Positions 10,080 through 20,103 of a DNA stretch of 64,000 nucleotides are shown one piece after another (position 1 is the first letter of the stretch; every line of letters starts with the position of its first letter). Source of the DNA: Candidatus Multivoradales bacterium (GTDB lineage: Bacteria; Acidobacteriota; Thermoanaerobaculia; Multivoradales; JAHEKO01); contig CBDFIJ010000004.1 of assembly GCA_965248055.1 (NCBI GenBank), forward strand, positions 2,496,001 through 2,560,000. The letters are read 5' to 3'. A model generated the notes under the pieces. It was not told the origin of the DNA, did not search any database, and saw only the letters and a program-made list of their open reading frames with translations. The translations under genes were made by a program, and so were the position numbers.

Positions 10080-11148
10080 CTGGCTCTACTCAATGCGGGA
10101 CGTCTCACCGCTGTTTAACGTCTTTCGCTATCTGACCTTTCGTACCGCTTTGGCCGTGGCTACCGCTTTGGTGCTTTCGTTGGTCTTGGGGCCGCGCATT
10201 ATTCGCGCGCTGCAGCGTTTGTCTGTGGGTCAGGAAGTTCGTGCCGAAGGGCCACAGAGCCATCACGTAAAACAAGGCACGCCGACCATGGGCGGGGTGC
10301 TGATCCTTTTTGCCGTGGTGGTGCCGACCTTGCTGTGGGCCGACCTAAGCAATCGATTCATTTGGCTGGTGGTGATCGTGACGTTGGCTTTTGGTGCGAT
10401 CGGGTTCACCGATGATTTTCTCAAGGTACGCCGCAAGCACTCCAAAGGACTCAGCGCGCGGGTCAAGTTTGTACTCCAGTTAGTGGTGGGTTTGGGATTA
10501 GTTTGGGCGGCTCTTAACACTGGGGATGGGTTCAGTACAGAGGTTGCCCTGCCGTTTTTCAAACGCGCAGTGTTCGATCTAGGCTTATTCTACGTTCTGT
10601 TTGTCGTCTTCATTTTGACCGGTGCCTCGAACGCGGTAAATCTAACTGACGGTTTGGACGGCTTGGCGATTGGCTCGACCCTGGTCGCGGCCTCCACCTA
10701 TGCCGTATTTACCTACGTCGCAGGCAATCGTGTGCTCGCCGAGTACCTGCAGGTGACCTACGTCGCCAGCGTCGGCGAAGTGACGATTTTCTGTGGCGCT
10801 CTGGTGGGCGCCAGCTTGGGATTTCTTTGGTTCAACTGTCATCCCGCCGAAGTGTTCATGGGGGATGTTGGTTCGTTGGCAATCGGCGGCGCGATCGGCA
10901 GCGTCGCTGTGCTCTCCAAGCAAGAGATATTGCTCGGCCTTGTGGGTGGCTTGTTTGTCATCGAGGCGCTGTCGGTGATCATTCAAGTGGGCTCGTTTAA
11001 GTCGACCGGTCGCCGGGTTTTTCGCATGGCGCCGATTCACCACCATTTTGAACTGGGTGGTTGGGCGGAGCCGAAGGTGATCGTGCGTTTTTGGATTGTT
11101 TCGATCTTTTTTGCCTTGATGAGCTTGGCGACCTTGAAACTGCGATGA
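10069..11148 (+). CDS. mraY: Phospho-N-acetylmuramoyl-pentapeptide transferase MraY
   Basis: GTPTMGG, NAVNLTDGLDGLA, FMGDVGSL, MAPIHHHFEL; start moved to ATG at 10069 after GAGGGGAG. Confidence 0.98.
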   Translation: MLYSWLYSMRDVSPLFNVFRYLTFRTALAVATALVLSLVLGPRIIRALQRLSVGQEVRAEGPQSHHVKQGTPTMGGVLILFAVVVPTLLWADLSNRFIWLVVIVTLAFGAIGFTDDFLKVRRKHSKGLSARVKFVLQLVVGLGLVWAALNTGDGFSTEVALPFFKRAVFDLGLFYVLFVVFILTGASNAVNLTDGLDGLAIGSTLVAASTYAVFTYVAGNRVLAEYLQVTYVASVGEVTIFCGALVGASLGFLWFNCHPAEVFMGDVGSLAIGGAIGSVAVLSKQEILLGLVGGLFVIEALSVIIQVGSFKSTGRRVFRMAPIHHHFELGGWAEPKVIVRFWIVSIFFALMSLATLKLR

Positions 11149-12500
11149 GTCGACCAGCCGCAATCCGTGAATGGCAACAAATCCTGGTTTATGGACTGGG
11201 TATTTCCGGTCGTGCCGCTGTGGCGCTGGCGGTGGCCCGCGGTCAAGAAGTGATCGCGGTCGATGACAACCCCGACTTGTCGCTCGATCGGTCCGATCCG
11301 AGGGTCGACTATCAGCTGGGTACCAACTTTGATCTTCCAGAGACAATCGGCGGTGTGGTCATCAGCCCGGGAATTTCGTCGGATTCCTTGCTACTGACCC
11401 AAGCTTCAGCGCTTGGCATCCCCGTGACTTCAGAAGTCGAATTCGCCTATCAGTGGAGCGACTCAGGAAGCTTCATCGGAATTACCGGGAGCAATGGCAA
11501 GAGCACAACCACGGCTCTCACCGGTGAGATTCTGCAGCGCGGTGGGCACAGCGTTGCGGTGTGTGGAAATTTTGGTCTCCCGCTGTCATCTGCGGTCCAA
11601 GATCCGGTGGACTACTACGTTGTCGAGTTGTCGAGCTTCCAGCTTGAGCGTATCGACGCCTTTCATCCTCGCGTTGCGGCTTGGCTCAATCTTTCCTTTG
11701 ATCATTTGGATCGACACGGCACCATGTCCGATTACGCCCAGGCTAAGGCGGCGATTTTCCGCAATCAGACCGCTGATGACACTGCGATATTGAATCTCGA
11801 CGATCCGGTGGTTTGCTTGAGTCAAAGCGCTGCCCACCAGGTGACCTTTTCCACGCGTCGGCAAACGACGGAAGGATGCCATCTAGATGGGGATCAAGTG
11901 GTCGAAATATCTGATGGGCGTCGCCTGCCGCTGTTTAGCCCGAGCGACTCGACCTTACCGGGGTTGCACAACTTGGAAAACGCCATGGCGGCTAGCCTGA
12001 TTGGCCGCTCCTTGAGTGTTTCTCGAGAGATCGTTCGCGACGCAGTTCGGAGCTTCCGAGGTTTGCCGCATCGCAGTGAGTTGGTTGCGGAGATCGATGG
12101 CGTGCGCTACTACAACGACTCCAAAGGAACCAATCCCGCGGCCAGTGCTCGTTCTCTGACTGCCTTTGGCGCCAACCGTGTTCATCTGATTGTCGGGGGC
12201 CGTTCCAAAGGTGTCGAACTCGGGGAGTTCGTAGCCGCCGCCGATGGACGGGTCAAGCGAAGTTATGGCATCGGTGAAGCCGGACAAGAGCTGATAGCGG
12301 CTCTATCAGCGATCGCCCTCGGTGACGATTGCGGCGACCTGGAAGCGGCAGTATCCGCGGCTTTCAAGAGCGCCGAACCGGGCGACGTGGTTCTGTTGTC
12401 ACCTGCTTGCGCCAGCTACGACCAGTACCGCAACTTCGAAGAGCGTGGAGATCATTTCCGTCTCTTGGTTGAGCAGCTATCTGGGGTGCAAGGTGGCTAA
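11145..12500 (+). CDS. murD: UDP-MurNAc-L-Ala:D-Glu ligase MurD
   Basis: GLGISG, ITGSNGKSTTT, VELSSFQL, DHLDRH, NDSKGTN, LLSPACASYDQY; start set at ATG 11145 (ATGA overlap with mraY). Confidence 0.97.
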   Translation: MSRPAAIREWQQILVYGLGISGRAAVALAVARGQEVIAVDDNPDLSLDRSDPRVDYQLGTNFDLPETIGGVVISPGISSDSLLLTQASALGIPVTSEVEFAYQWSDSGSFIGITGSNGKSTTTALTGEILQRGGHSVAVCGNFGLPLSSAVQDPVDYYVVELSSFQLERIDAFHPRVAAWLNLSFDHLDRHGTMSDYAQAKAAIFRNQTADDTAILNLDDPVVCLSQSAAHQVTFSTRRQTTEGCHLDGDQVVEISDGRRLPLFSPSDSTLPGLHNLENAMAASLIGRSLSVSREIVRDAVRSFRGLPHRSELVAEIDGVRYYNDSKGTNPAASARSLTAFGANRVHLIVGGRSKGVELGEFVAAADGRVKRSYGIGEAGQELIAALSAIALGDDCGDLEAAVSAAFKSAEPGDVVLLSPACASYDQYRNFEERGDHFRLLVEQLSGVQGG

Positions 12501-13578
12501 GAAACTCGCCTTCGACATGGTGTTGTTCACTGCTGTAGTGGTGCTCGTTGCTTTGGGCTTGGTGATGGTGGAGTCCGCGTCGACTGTGGTTACCGACGGA
12601 CATCAAAACGGCTTTAGCCGGTTGTTCACAAAGCAGATTTTGGCGGTCGGGCTGGGCTTGATCGCGATGTTGGTAGTGATGCACATCGACTACCGAAAAC
12701 TTGGCAAGCCAATGGTGTTTGGGTTGCTTGTGCTAGCTGTGGTGACGTTGCTAATTGCAGTGCTATTCGGTCCCACGGTCAATGGAACGCGACGCTGGAT
12801 CCTGCTCGCCGGATTCTCGCTTCAGCCGTCGGAATTGGCGAAGTTCGTCGGGGTGATTTTTATGGCGGTGACGATTCACCGGACTGCGGAGTCGGAAAGA
12901 GATCGCGACCTATTGTTCCCGGCGTTGCTGGTTCCTGGGGTGTTCGTGGCATTGATTCTTCTGGAGGCAGATCTGGGGACCGCGATTGTGATCGCCGCCA
13001 TCACCGGTCTAATGCTGTTCCTCGGCGGGTTGCGATGGCGCTATGTGCTACCCGTTGCCGCCGGAGCGCCGCTGTTCGCCTACTTCTTGGTCCAGCACGT
13101 CGAATACCAGAAAGACCGATTGACCGCCTTTTTGCATCCTGAGAACGATCCTTTGGGGCACGCTTGGCAGGTCAAGCAATCTTTGATCGCTATCGGTTCC
13201 GGGGGACTTTGGGGGCTGGGCCCGGGAGAGAGCTTGCAGAAGCTCTATTTCTTGCCGTTCCCTTATTCAGATTTCCTCTACGCCATCGTCGGCGAGGAGT
13301 TGGGCTTTATCGGGGCGGTTGCGGTGGTCCTGCTCTTTGGAGTCTTTGCCTGGCGGGGCATTCGCGCCGGGACTCGCGCACAAGATCTATTGGGTCGCCA
13401 TCTGGCTTGGGGGATCACGGCGGTGATCGTTCTTCAGGCCCTGCTACATGTGTCGGTCGCTCTGTCGCTAGCACCGACCACCGGCATCACTCTGCCGCTG
13501 ATGTCTTACGGTGGCTCGTCGATGGTCGTGACCCTGGCCGCGTGCGGTGTTCTTCTCAACGTTTCTCAACACGGATAG
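12493..13578 (+). CDS. ftsW: SEDS family peptidoglycan polymerase FtsW
   Basis: NGTRRWI, QPSELAK, DLGT, IGSGG, GEELG, GITLPLMSYGGSS; about 10 TM helices; GTG start at 12493 inferred. Confidence 0.96.
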   Translation: MAKKLAFDMVLFTAVVVLVALGLVMVESASTVVTDGHQNGFSRLFTKQILAVGLGLIAMLVVMHIDYRKLGKPMVFGLLVLAVVTLLIAVLFGPTVNGTRRWILLAGFSLQPSELAKFVGVIFMAVTIHRTAESERDRDLLFPALLVPGVFVALILLEADLGTAIVIAAITGLMLFLGGLRWRYVLPVAAGAPLFAYFLVQHVEYQKDRLTAFLHPENDPLGHAWQVKQSLIAIGSGGLWGLGPGESLQKLYFLPFPYSDFLYAIVGEELGFIGAVAVVLLFGVFAWRGIRAGTRAQDLLGRHLAWGITAVIVLQALLHVSVALSLAPTTGITLPLMSYGGSSMVVTLAACGVLLNVSQHG

Positions 13579-13582
13579 TGGG

Positions 13583-14677
13583 ATGGATGAAGGTCATACG
13601 CAACACCGCAAACATGCCGTGGTTACCGGAGGCGGTAGTGCTGGGCACGTCCATCCGGGGTTGGCAGTCGCCCGGGAACTCATCGAACGGGGGTGGAGCG
13701 TGAGTTGGATGGGGCGTGCCGGTAGTTTTGAGCAGCGCTTGGTGGCAGGGGCTCAAGTGGAATTTGACGCGGTCCCGGCGCTGCCGGTCGTCGGCCGTGG
13801 CTTGCTTGGCAAGACGCGAGCTGGAGTGGTGGTACTGCGTGGGGCACATGCTGCGCGAAAGATCTTGAAGCGACGCAAGGCGCAAACGGTCATCGGCACC
13901 GGAGGGTACGTCTCGGTCCCTGGTGTTCTGGCGGCCAAGATGCTCGGTCGTCGAGTGCTCTTGTTTGAACCCAACGCGGTTATGGGAGTGGGGAATCGCC
14001 TGCTCGCCTGTTTTGCCGATCGGATCGCCTGGGGTCATCCGGGACCCCAGACCGGCGGTAAAAACGTGGTGACCGGAGTTCCCGTCAACGAATCATTCTC
14101 GAAGGTGACACAGAGCCAGGGAACTGAGCGAAACTGCTTCCAGATTCTGGTGCTCGGCGGCAGCCAAGGGTCGGAGGAACTCAATCAAGTGGTTCCCAAA
14201 GCCCTTATGAAGCTCGCTCCAACCTTGCACAGAGGCCTGGCTGTTCTTCACCAATGCGGCTCGCAGCACGAGGCAGTGACCCAACAGCGGTACCAGCAGG
14301 TTGCGGCCTCCGTGGAGGTGGTCGTTCGTGGCTTCTTGAGCGGCGTGGCAGGTCACATGAAGCGTTCCGACTTGGTGATCAGTCGCGCTGGGGCCCAGAC
14401 GTTGGCTGAATTGGCTGCGGCTGGAAGGGCGGCAATTTTGGTGCCGTTAATGATCGCCCACGGTCATCAAGAGAGCAACGCGAAGCGGTTGGTTGAACGA
14501 GGTGCCGCGTGGTCGTCGCCCCATCCCTCCGCCGAGCAACTGGCGGAACGACTCACAGCTCTACTCTCCGATCCAAGTTTGGTTCAAATCGCTAGCCAAT
14601 CGATGGCAGAGCAGGCGACGCCGCGGGCCGCGGCCCACATTGCCGATTTAGTAGAAGCCCTGGAGGAAGCGGCCTGA
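13583..14677 (+). CDS. murG: Undecaprenyl-PP-MurNAc-pentapeptide GlcNAc transferase MurG
   Basis: GGGSAGHVHP, GTGGYVSVP, FEPN, GGSQG, SRAGAQTLAE, HQESNA. Confidence 0.96.
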   Translation: MDEGHTQHRKHAVVTGGGSAGHVHPGLAVARELIERGWSVSWMGRAGSFEQRLVAGAQVEFDAVPALPVVGRGLLGKTRAGVVVLRGAHAARKILKRRKAQTVIGTGGYVSVPGVLAAKMLGRRVLLFEPNAVMGVGNRLLACFADRIAWGHPGPQTGGKNVVTGVPVNESFSKVTQSQGTERNCFQILVLGGSQGSEELNQVVPKALMKLAPTLHRGLAVLHQCGSQHEAVTQQRYQQVAASVEVVVRGFLSGVAGHMKRSDLVISRAGAQTLAELAAAGRAAILVPLMIAHGHQESNAKRLVERGAAWSSPHPSAEQLAERLTALLSDPSLVQIASQSMAEQATPRAAAHIADLVEALEEAA

Positions 14678-16062
14678 TGTTTCGCCAGTTCGCCAGTCTC
14701 AAGAAGGTCCACTTGGTGGGGATCGGTGGCGCTGGCATGAGCGGAATCGCGGAAGTGCTGGCCGCCAACGACTTTGAAGTGACCGGTTCCGATCTCGAAG
14801 CGTCGGAGGTCACCAAACGTTTGCAACGACTGGGTCTGAAGATCTACATCGGACACCAGGAGTCGAACCTCAAGGCGGCTCAGTTGGTGGTGATTTCGTC
14901 GGCAATTCCACAGCACAACGTCGAAGTTGTGGCCGCGCGCGAACGCGGTATTGCAGTGGTGCGGCGGGCTGAGATGTTGGCAGAGTTGATGCGGCTGAAG
15001 TATGGAATCGCGGTCGCTGGAACGCACGGAAAAACCACCACCACGTCGATGATCGGCACTCTGCTGACCGAGGCTGGAATGGACCCGACGGTGATCGTGG
15101 GCGGTCGATTGAGAGTATCGGGAACTGGGGCTCGGTTGGGCGGATCTGAATATATGGTCGCCGAAGCCGACGAGTACGATCGCTCGTTTCTGCACCTACA
15201 GCCGATTCTGGCGGTGATTACCTCGATTGAAGCCGAGCACCTGGACACTTATGGTGACCTCTCTTCGATTGAGGATGCTTTCGTCGAGTTCGCCAGCCGG
15301 GTGCCGTTTTTTGGCCGGGTCGTGGTTTGCCTCGATGAGCCGAACATTCAGGCGATCCTGCCGAGATTGGCGAATCGCCGAATTACCACTTACGGAACCT
15401 CACCTCAGGCTGATTTGACCGCTTCCGAAATTGAACACGGTGACGGCGGCGTTCGGTTTCAAATTCGCCATAAAACCCTTGGCGAACTCGGCGAGATCTA
15501 TCTGCCGATGCCCGGGATCCACAATGTGCGCAACGCCCTAGCGGCGGTAGCGGTGGCAATGGACCTGGGGGTTGAATTCGAGCGAATCAGGCAGATCCTG
15601 GCAGAGTTTCCAGGCGTACATCGGCGCTTTGAACGTTTGGGAACCTGGCGCGAGGCGACAGTCGTAGACGACTATGCCCATCATCCCTCCGAGGTACAGG
15701 CGACGCTTGTGGCGACTCGGGCAGCTTATCCAAGCAGCGCGATTCGCGCCGTATTCCAGCCGCATTTGTACAGCCGCACCCGGGATCAGGCGCCGGCCTT
15801 CGGACGCGCTCTATTGTCTGCTGACCAAGCGGTGGTGGTGGATATCTATGGCTCCCGCGAGCAGCCGATCGAGGGCGTTGATGCGGGACTCGTTGTCGAT
15901 GAGGCCAAGGGTTCGGGACACAGAGAGGTGACGTGGATTCCAGATTGGCGCGACGCGGTCGAGATTTTGCGTCAGAGAGTTGAGCCTGGAGATGTGATTA
16001 TCACTCTCGGCGCGGGGGACATTTATCAGCTAGCGGAGCAACTGGTGGAGTCCAATCCATGA
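14677..16062 (+). CDS. murC: UDP-MurNAc:L-Ala ligase MurC
   Basis: GIGGAGMSGIA, AGTHGKTTTT, EADEYD, DDYAHHP, FQPHLYSRT. Confidence 0.98.
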   Translation: MFRQFASLKKVHLVGIGGAGMSGIAEVLAANDFEVTGSDLEASEVTKRLQRLGLKIYIGHQESNLKAAQLVVISSAIPQHNVEVVAARERGIAVVRRAEMLAELMRLKYGIAVAGTHGKTTTTSMIGTLLTEAGMDPTVIVGGRLRVSGTGARLGGSEYMVAEADEYDRSFLHLQPILAVITSIEAEHLDTYGDLSSIEDAFVEFASRVPFFGRVVVCLDEPNIQAILPRLANRRITTYGTSPQADLTASEIEHGDGGVRFQIRHKTLGELGEIYLPMPGIHNVRNALAAVAVAMDLGVEFERIRQILAEFPGVHRRFERLGTWREATVVDDYAHHPSEVQATLVATRAAYPSSAIRAVFQPHLYSRTRDQAPAFGRALLSADQAVVVDIYGSREQPIEGVDAGLVVDEAKGSGHREVTWIPDWRDAVEILRQRVEPGDVIITLGAGDIYQLAEQLVESNP

Positions 16063-16853
16063 GCCAACTGGTTGAATCGCAGCGTACGTTTCCGTTTCGT
16101 CGTCGGCTATTTGTCGCCCGGCATCGAAAGCGAAGCGTTTGGCTGCGGTTATGGAAGCCCTTGGTCAAGGCCCTATTGGTGGTGGGGGTACCGACGGCGC
16201 TGGGTTTGTGGGTTTTGACTGCGCCGCAATTCACCCTGCAGAACGTGACCATTCGTGGCACCGAGCAAATTGAGGGGTCTTGGGTTCAGCAGCGTCTAGC
16301 TACCTACCAGGGGCGGCCTTTGGTCTCGATGCCCATGGCCGCGGTCGAGGCTCGAGTCTCCTCGCATCCATGGGTTGCAGCAGTTCAGGTTAACAAACAA
16401 CTACCCAGCCAGCTCGAGGTGGAAATCCAAGAGCAGGTTCCTTGGGCGGTGGTTCGTTCAGGCGAGGGAGCCGACTTCGTCGACCAACAAGGACATCGCT
16501 TTGCTCCCTTTAGTTCTACCGCTCGCTGGGCCAACTTGCCGCTTATTGAGGGCACCGAAGAAGTGGATGTCCTGGCTCGCGCAGTCGCCGTGGTGAAACA
16601 ACTGGGCACGGTGAACCCGAACTGGGGAGCCAAGGTATCGCGAGTCGAAGCGCTCAACGATTGGGATTTTCGTATCGAGACCCACGCCTTACCGTTCGCC
16701 CTGACCGTGAATGCGAACTCGGTCGAGGATGCGATACGCAGTCTTTCGACTCACTTGGGCCAAATCCAAAGAGAGTTTTCTCAGATTCAAGCTGTGGATT
16801 TGAGAGTTAGTGGATCAATTGTCGTTCAACCGGAAACGCAGCAAGAGGAGTGA
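16059..16853 (+). CDS. ftsQ: Cell division protein FtsQ/DivIB
   Basis: Basic N-terminus, TM helix, POTRA domain (HPWVAAVQVNKQLP), C-terminal DLR; between murC and ftsA. Confidence 0.9.
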   Translation: MSQLVESQRTFPFRRRLFVARHRKRSVWLRLWKPLVKALLVVGVPTALGLWVLTAPQFTLQNVTIRGTEQIEGSWVQQRLATYQGRPLVSMPMAAVEARVSSHPWVAAVQVNKQLPSQLEVEIQEQVPWAVVRSGEGADFVDQQGHRFAPFSSTARWANLPLIEGTEEVDVLARAVAVVKQLGTVNPNWGAKVSRVEALNDWDFRIETHALPFALTVNANSVEDAIRSLSTHLGQIQREFSQIQAVDLRVSGSIVVQPETQQEE

Positions 16854-16857
16854 TGAG

Positions 16858-18099
16858 ATGGCAATGAATCCTTTGGTGGCAATCGATGTGGGGTCTTCCA
16901 AGGTCCATGTCTTGATTGGTCAGGCGAATGGAGAAGAAATCGAGATTCTCGGTGTCGGCAAGGCAGCAAACCTGGGCACCCGACGCGGGAACATCGTAAA
17001 CATTGAAGTCGCCGTTCAGGCGGTCAAGTTGGCCAGCGAAGAAGCCGAGGTGATGGCCGGATGCGAGATTGAATCCGCTTACGTCGGCGTTGCTGGCGTC
17101 GACATTCGCTGTGTCAACTCGCGGGCGTCAATGCAAATCGGGCAGCGTCGGGATCGAGAGATTACCCGCCGAGATATTGACAAAGTACTGGAGGCTGCCC
17201 AGTCAGCGGCATTGCCGTCCGACCGCGTCGTTTTGCACGCGATTCCGCAAGAATTTGAGGTCAATGAACAGGGGGGCATTTCCGACCCGATCGGCATGAT
17301 GGGCAGTCGTTTGGAGGTTGCAGTTCACTTAGTGACCGCCAACGCGACTCGCTCTAAGACTCTATTGACAAGCATCAATCGGGCCGGTATCGAGGTGACT
17401 CAGATGGTGTTCGAGCCCCTGGCTACCTCAGAAGCGGTTCTCACCCACGACGAGCGAGAGCTCGGCGTCTTGCTGATCGACGTGGGTACTGGCACCACCG
17501 AGTACACCCTTTTGGCCGACGGCTTTCCGCAGCATTCTGCGGTACTACCGATGGGCTCCCATCACTTCACCAACGATCTTGCGATGGTGCTGAGGACACC
17601 GTTTGCTGATGCCGAGGAAATCAAGATACGACGAGGCTGCTGCATGCCAGGAATGGTTGAGGACGACGAAGGAGTTGCCATCAGCGCGGTTGGTGATGGC
17701 GCGTCTCGAGTGGTTCCTCGCCGCGAGCTGTGCGACATTCTGCAACCCCGAGCTGAGGAGCTGCTCCTGCTCATTCGAGACGACTTGTTCAAGCACGGCT
17801 TTGAAGAGCCATTGCGCGGTGGAATTGTATTGACCGGGGGTGGATGTGAATTGGATGGGCTACTGGAGATGACCGAAGAGGTCTTCGACTCGGGAGTTCG
17901 CTACGGTGTCCCTCAGGGGTTCTCCGGCTTGCCGGAAGAACTCAGGTCACCAACTTGGACCACCGCAGCAGGACTTCTGGTTCACGCACATCAAGAACGA
18001 AATCGCGCCAATCGCGGTTCGCGAAGCCCACTTTCGGTTCGCGGCATGGCTGGCAGTATTAGAGAAATTTTTCGCCCACTGACGGGTACAGATAGATAA
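16858..18099 (+). CDS. ftsA: Cell division protein FtsA
   Basis: IDVGSSK, LIDVGTGTT, VLTGGG actin-fold motifs; amphipathic C-terminus; start at ATG 16858 after GAGGAG. Confidence 0.97.
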   Translation: MAMNPLVAIDVGSSKVHVLIGQANGEEIEILGVGKAANLGTRRGNIVNIEVAVQAVKLASEEAEVMAGCEIESAYVGVAGVDIRCVNSRASMQIGQRRDREITRRDIDKVLEAAQSAALPSDRVVLHAIPQEFEVNEQGGISDPIGMMGSRLEVAVHLVTANATRSKTLLTSINRAGIEVTQMVFEPLATSEAVLTHDERELGVLLIDVGTGTTEYTLLADGFPQHSAVLPMGSHHFTNDLAMVLRTPFADAEEIKIRRGCCMPGMVEDDEGVAISAVGDGASRVVPRRELCDILQPRAEELLLLIRDDLFKHGFEEPLRGGIVLTGGGCELDGLLEMTEEVFDSGVRYGVPQGFSGLPEELRSPTWTTAAGLLVHAHQERNRANRGSRSPLSVRGMAGSIREIFRPLTGTDR

Positions 18100-18132
18100 G
18101 TGATGGGACCCCCAAACCCCTAGGAGGTAGTC

Positions 18133-19473
18133 ATGATTGTATTGGACGATCGAAGCAGTGAATCGGGTCCGTCGATCCGTTTGGATGAAGGCGTGGGTCT
18201 CTCCCCCGCCAAGATCCAGGTGATCGGCATCGGAGGTGCTGGTGGTAACGCAGTCAATCGAATGATCGATGCCGAGTTGTCGGGGATCGAGTTCATCGCC
18301 GCGAATACCGACATTCAGGCACTAGACAAGTGCCGAGCACAGGGAAAACTGCAGCTCGGCCCCAACTTAACCCGTGGCTTGGGTGCCGGAGGTGATCCAG
18401 ACGTCGGGCGCCAATCGGCGCTTGAAGACACCGACCGCATCTTGGAGCAACTGGAAGGATCCGATATGGTCTTTCTCACCGCTGGGCTGGGAGGCGGAAC
18501 CGGCACCGGGGCTGCGCCCATCTTGGCGTCTTTGGCCTCCGAGATCGGCGCGTTGACGGTCGCGGTGGTAACTCAACCGTTTTCGTTTGAGGGACGCCGT
18601 CGGGCCAAGCTTGCCGAGCAAGGTTTGGAAGAGTTGCGCAATGCGGTGGACACCGTCATTGCCATCCCCAACGAGCGCCTGCTGTCCTTTGTCGATCGCG
18701 GCACTCCCCTCACCGAAGCGTTTCGCATTGCCGACGACGTCTTGCGTCAAGCGGTGCAGGGGATCAGTGACTTGATCACCACTCCGGGTGAGGTCAACGT
18801 CGATTTTGCCGACGTCAAATCGATTATGAAGGGCATGGGTATGGCGCTGATGGGCACCGGAATCGCCAAGGGCGAAAACCGAGCTCTGGAAGCGGCACAG
18901 CGTGCCATTTCCTCGCCGCTCCTGGAAGACACTTCGATCGATGGCGCCAAGGGTGTCTTGATCAACATTTCCGGTGGCGCAGACCTGGCGTTACACGAGA
19001 TGGCGGAAGCTGCCAAGATTGTCGCCGACGCCGTGGATGCGGACGCCAACATAATCACCGGCATGGTGGTCGATCCCGAGATGGATGACGAAATGAAGGT
19101 AACGGTGATCGCCACTGGATTCAACCGGCCGACCGATGGCGCCAAACCGTGGCTCCAGTCTCGGGTGACCGCGGTGGTTGAGCCGGAGCCGGTTGCCGTT
19201 ACAGAGCCGCTGTTCGAGTTGGAACATCCGGCCGTTGAAATGAGCGGTGAGATGACCAATGAGGTGGCTCAGGAGGAAGATTCTGTGGTCGAAATCGACC
19301 AACCTCAAGTCTATTTGAGACCAGAGAGTCACGAGGTCGAACGCGAAGAGAAGGTGCCGTTTTACAAGAAAGCGCTTGCTCACATGCACGGTGACGACGA
19401 AGGTTTCGGTCCCAACTGGAAGAGTGTCGACGACTACGACATCCCGACAGTGCTACGCAAGAACATGGACTAG
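18133..19473 (+). CDS. ftsZ: Cell division protein FtsZ
   Basis: [18 protein letters not shown] tubulin signature, NVDFAD; acidic linker; C-terminal [10 protein letters not shown]; SD GGAGG. Confidence 0.99.
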   Translation: MIVLDDRSSESGPSIRLDEGVGLSPAKIQVIGIGGAGGNAVNRMIDAELSGIEFIAANTDIQALDKCRAQGKLQLGPNLTRGLGAGGDPDVGRQSALEDTDRILEQLEGSDMVFLTAGLGGGTGTGAAPILASLASEIGALTVAVVTQPFSFEGRRRAKLAEQGLEELRNAVDTVIAIPNERLLSFVDRGTPLTEAFRIADDVLRQAVQGISDLITTPGEVNVDFADVKSIMKGMGMALMGTGIAKGENRALEAAQRAISSPLLEDTSIDGAKGVLINISGGADLALHEMAEAAKIVADAVDADANIITGMVVDPEMDDEMKVTVIATGFNRPTDGAKPWLQSRVTAVVEPEPVAVTEPLFELEHPAVEMSGEMTNEVAQEEDSVVEIDQPQVYLRPESHEVEREEKVPFYKKALAHMHGDDEGFGPNWKSVDDYDIPTVLRKNMD

Positions 19474-19495
19474 GGGTCCAATCGATCGTCCAAGA

Positions 19496-19525
19496 GCCCC
19501 GGGGAAGTCCTCGGGGCGCATCTTT
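19496..19525 (+). terminator. Probable intrinsic terminator after ftsZ
   Basis: GCCCCGGGG-AAGT-CCTCGGGGC hairpin followed by a weak U-tract (GCATCTTT). Confidence 0.55.
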
Positions 19526-19530
19526 ATCTG

Positions 19531-20103
19531 ATGACTTTTCAAACCTCAACTGAACGCAGACTGTGGACTACTGCGGCGGTTCTCCAGACGGCGATTTATC
19601 TCAGTCTCAGTCTGGGCGACAACGTTGTTCGCTTTTTGCGCGACAATGGGTTGTTACAACCGGTGGTTGTCATTGTTCTGTTGGCTTGTGCTCTGGCAGC
19701 AGGTAGGCTGATACAAAGCGCCAATATGGGCCGGAGAGCTTGGATCGTTGCTGGACTCATGGTCGGGGTCTACGCCCTCGTACTTGCCAATGTTCATCGA
19801 CCGGAAGAGAAACTCCACATTGTGGAGTACGGTGCCATCACCGGCCTTATTTTTGAGGCGCTACGCCACCGCAACCTGCCTGGAGGTCGCTTGTGGGTAC
19901 CCTTTGTCGTGGCAGCACTCGCGGGTTCGGTGCTGGGCTTGCTCGACGAAGGAATCCAATTTCTGCTTCCGGATCGGGTGGGCGAGTTCTCCGACGCAGT
20001 GCTGAATTTTGGTGCTGCTGTGCTCGCCGCGACTAGCCTACTGTTACTTCACTGGACTTCAGAGCTTTCGCAAGAATCTCGCTCAAAGAATTCACCCCAG
20101 TGA
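19531..20103 (+). CDS. VanZ-like family membrane protein
   Basis: Multi-TM; EKLHIVEYG, GLLDEGIQFLLPDRVGEFSDAVLN match the VanZ pattern (K.H...Y / DE..Q...P.R.....D...N). Confidence 0.8.
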   Translation: MTFQTSTERRLWTTAAVLQTAIYLSLSLGDNVVRFLRDNGLLQPVVVIVLLACALAAGRLIQSANMGRRAWIVAGLMVGVYALVLANVHRPEEKLHIVEYGAITGLIFEALRHRNLPGGRLWVPFVVAALAGSVLGLLDEGIQFLLPDRVGEFSDAVLNFGAAVLAATSLLLLHWTSELSQESRSKNSPQ

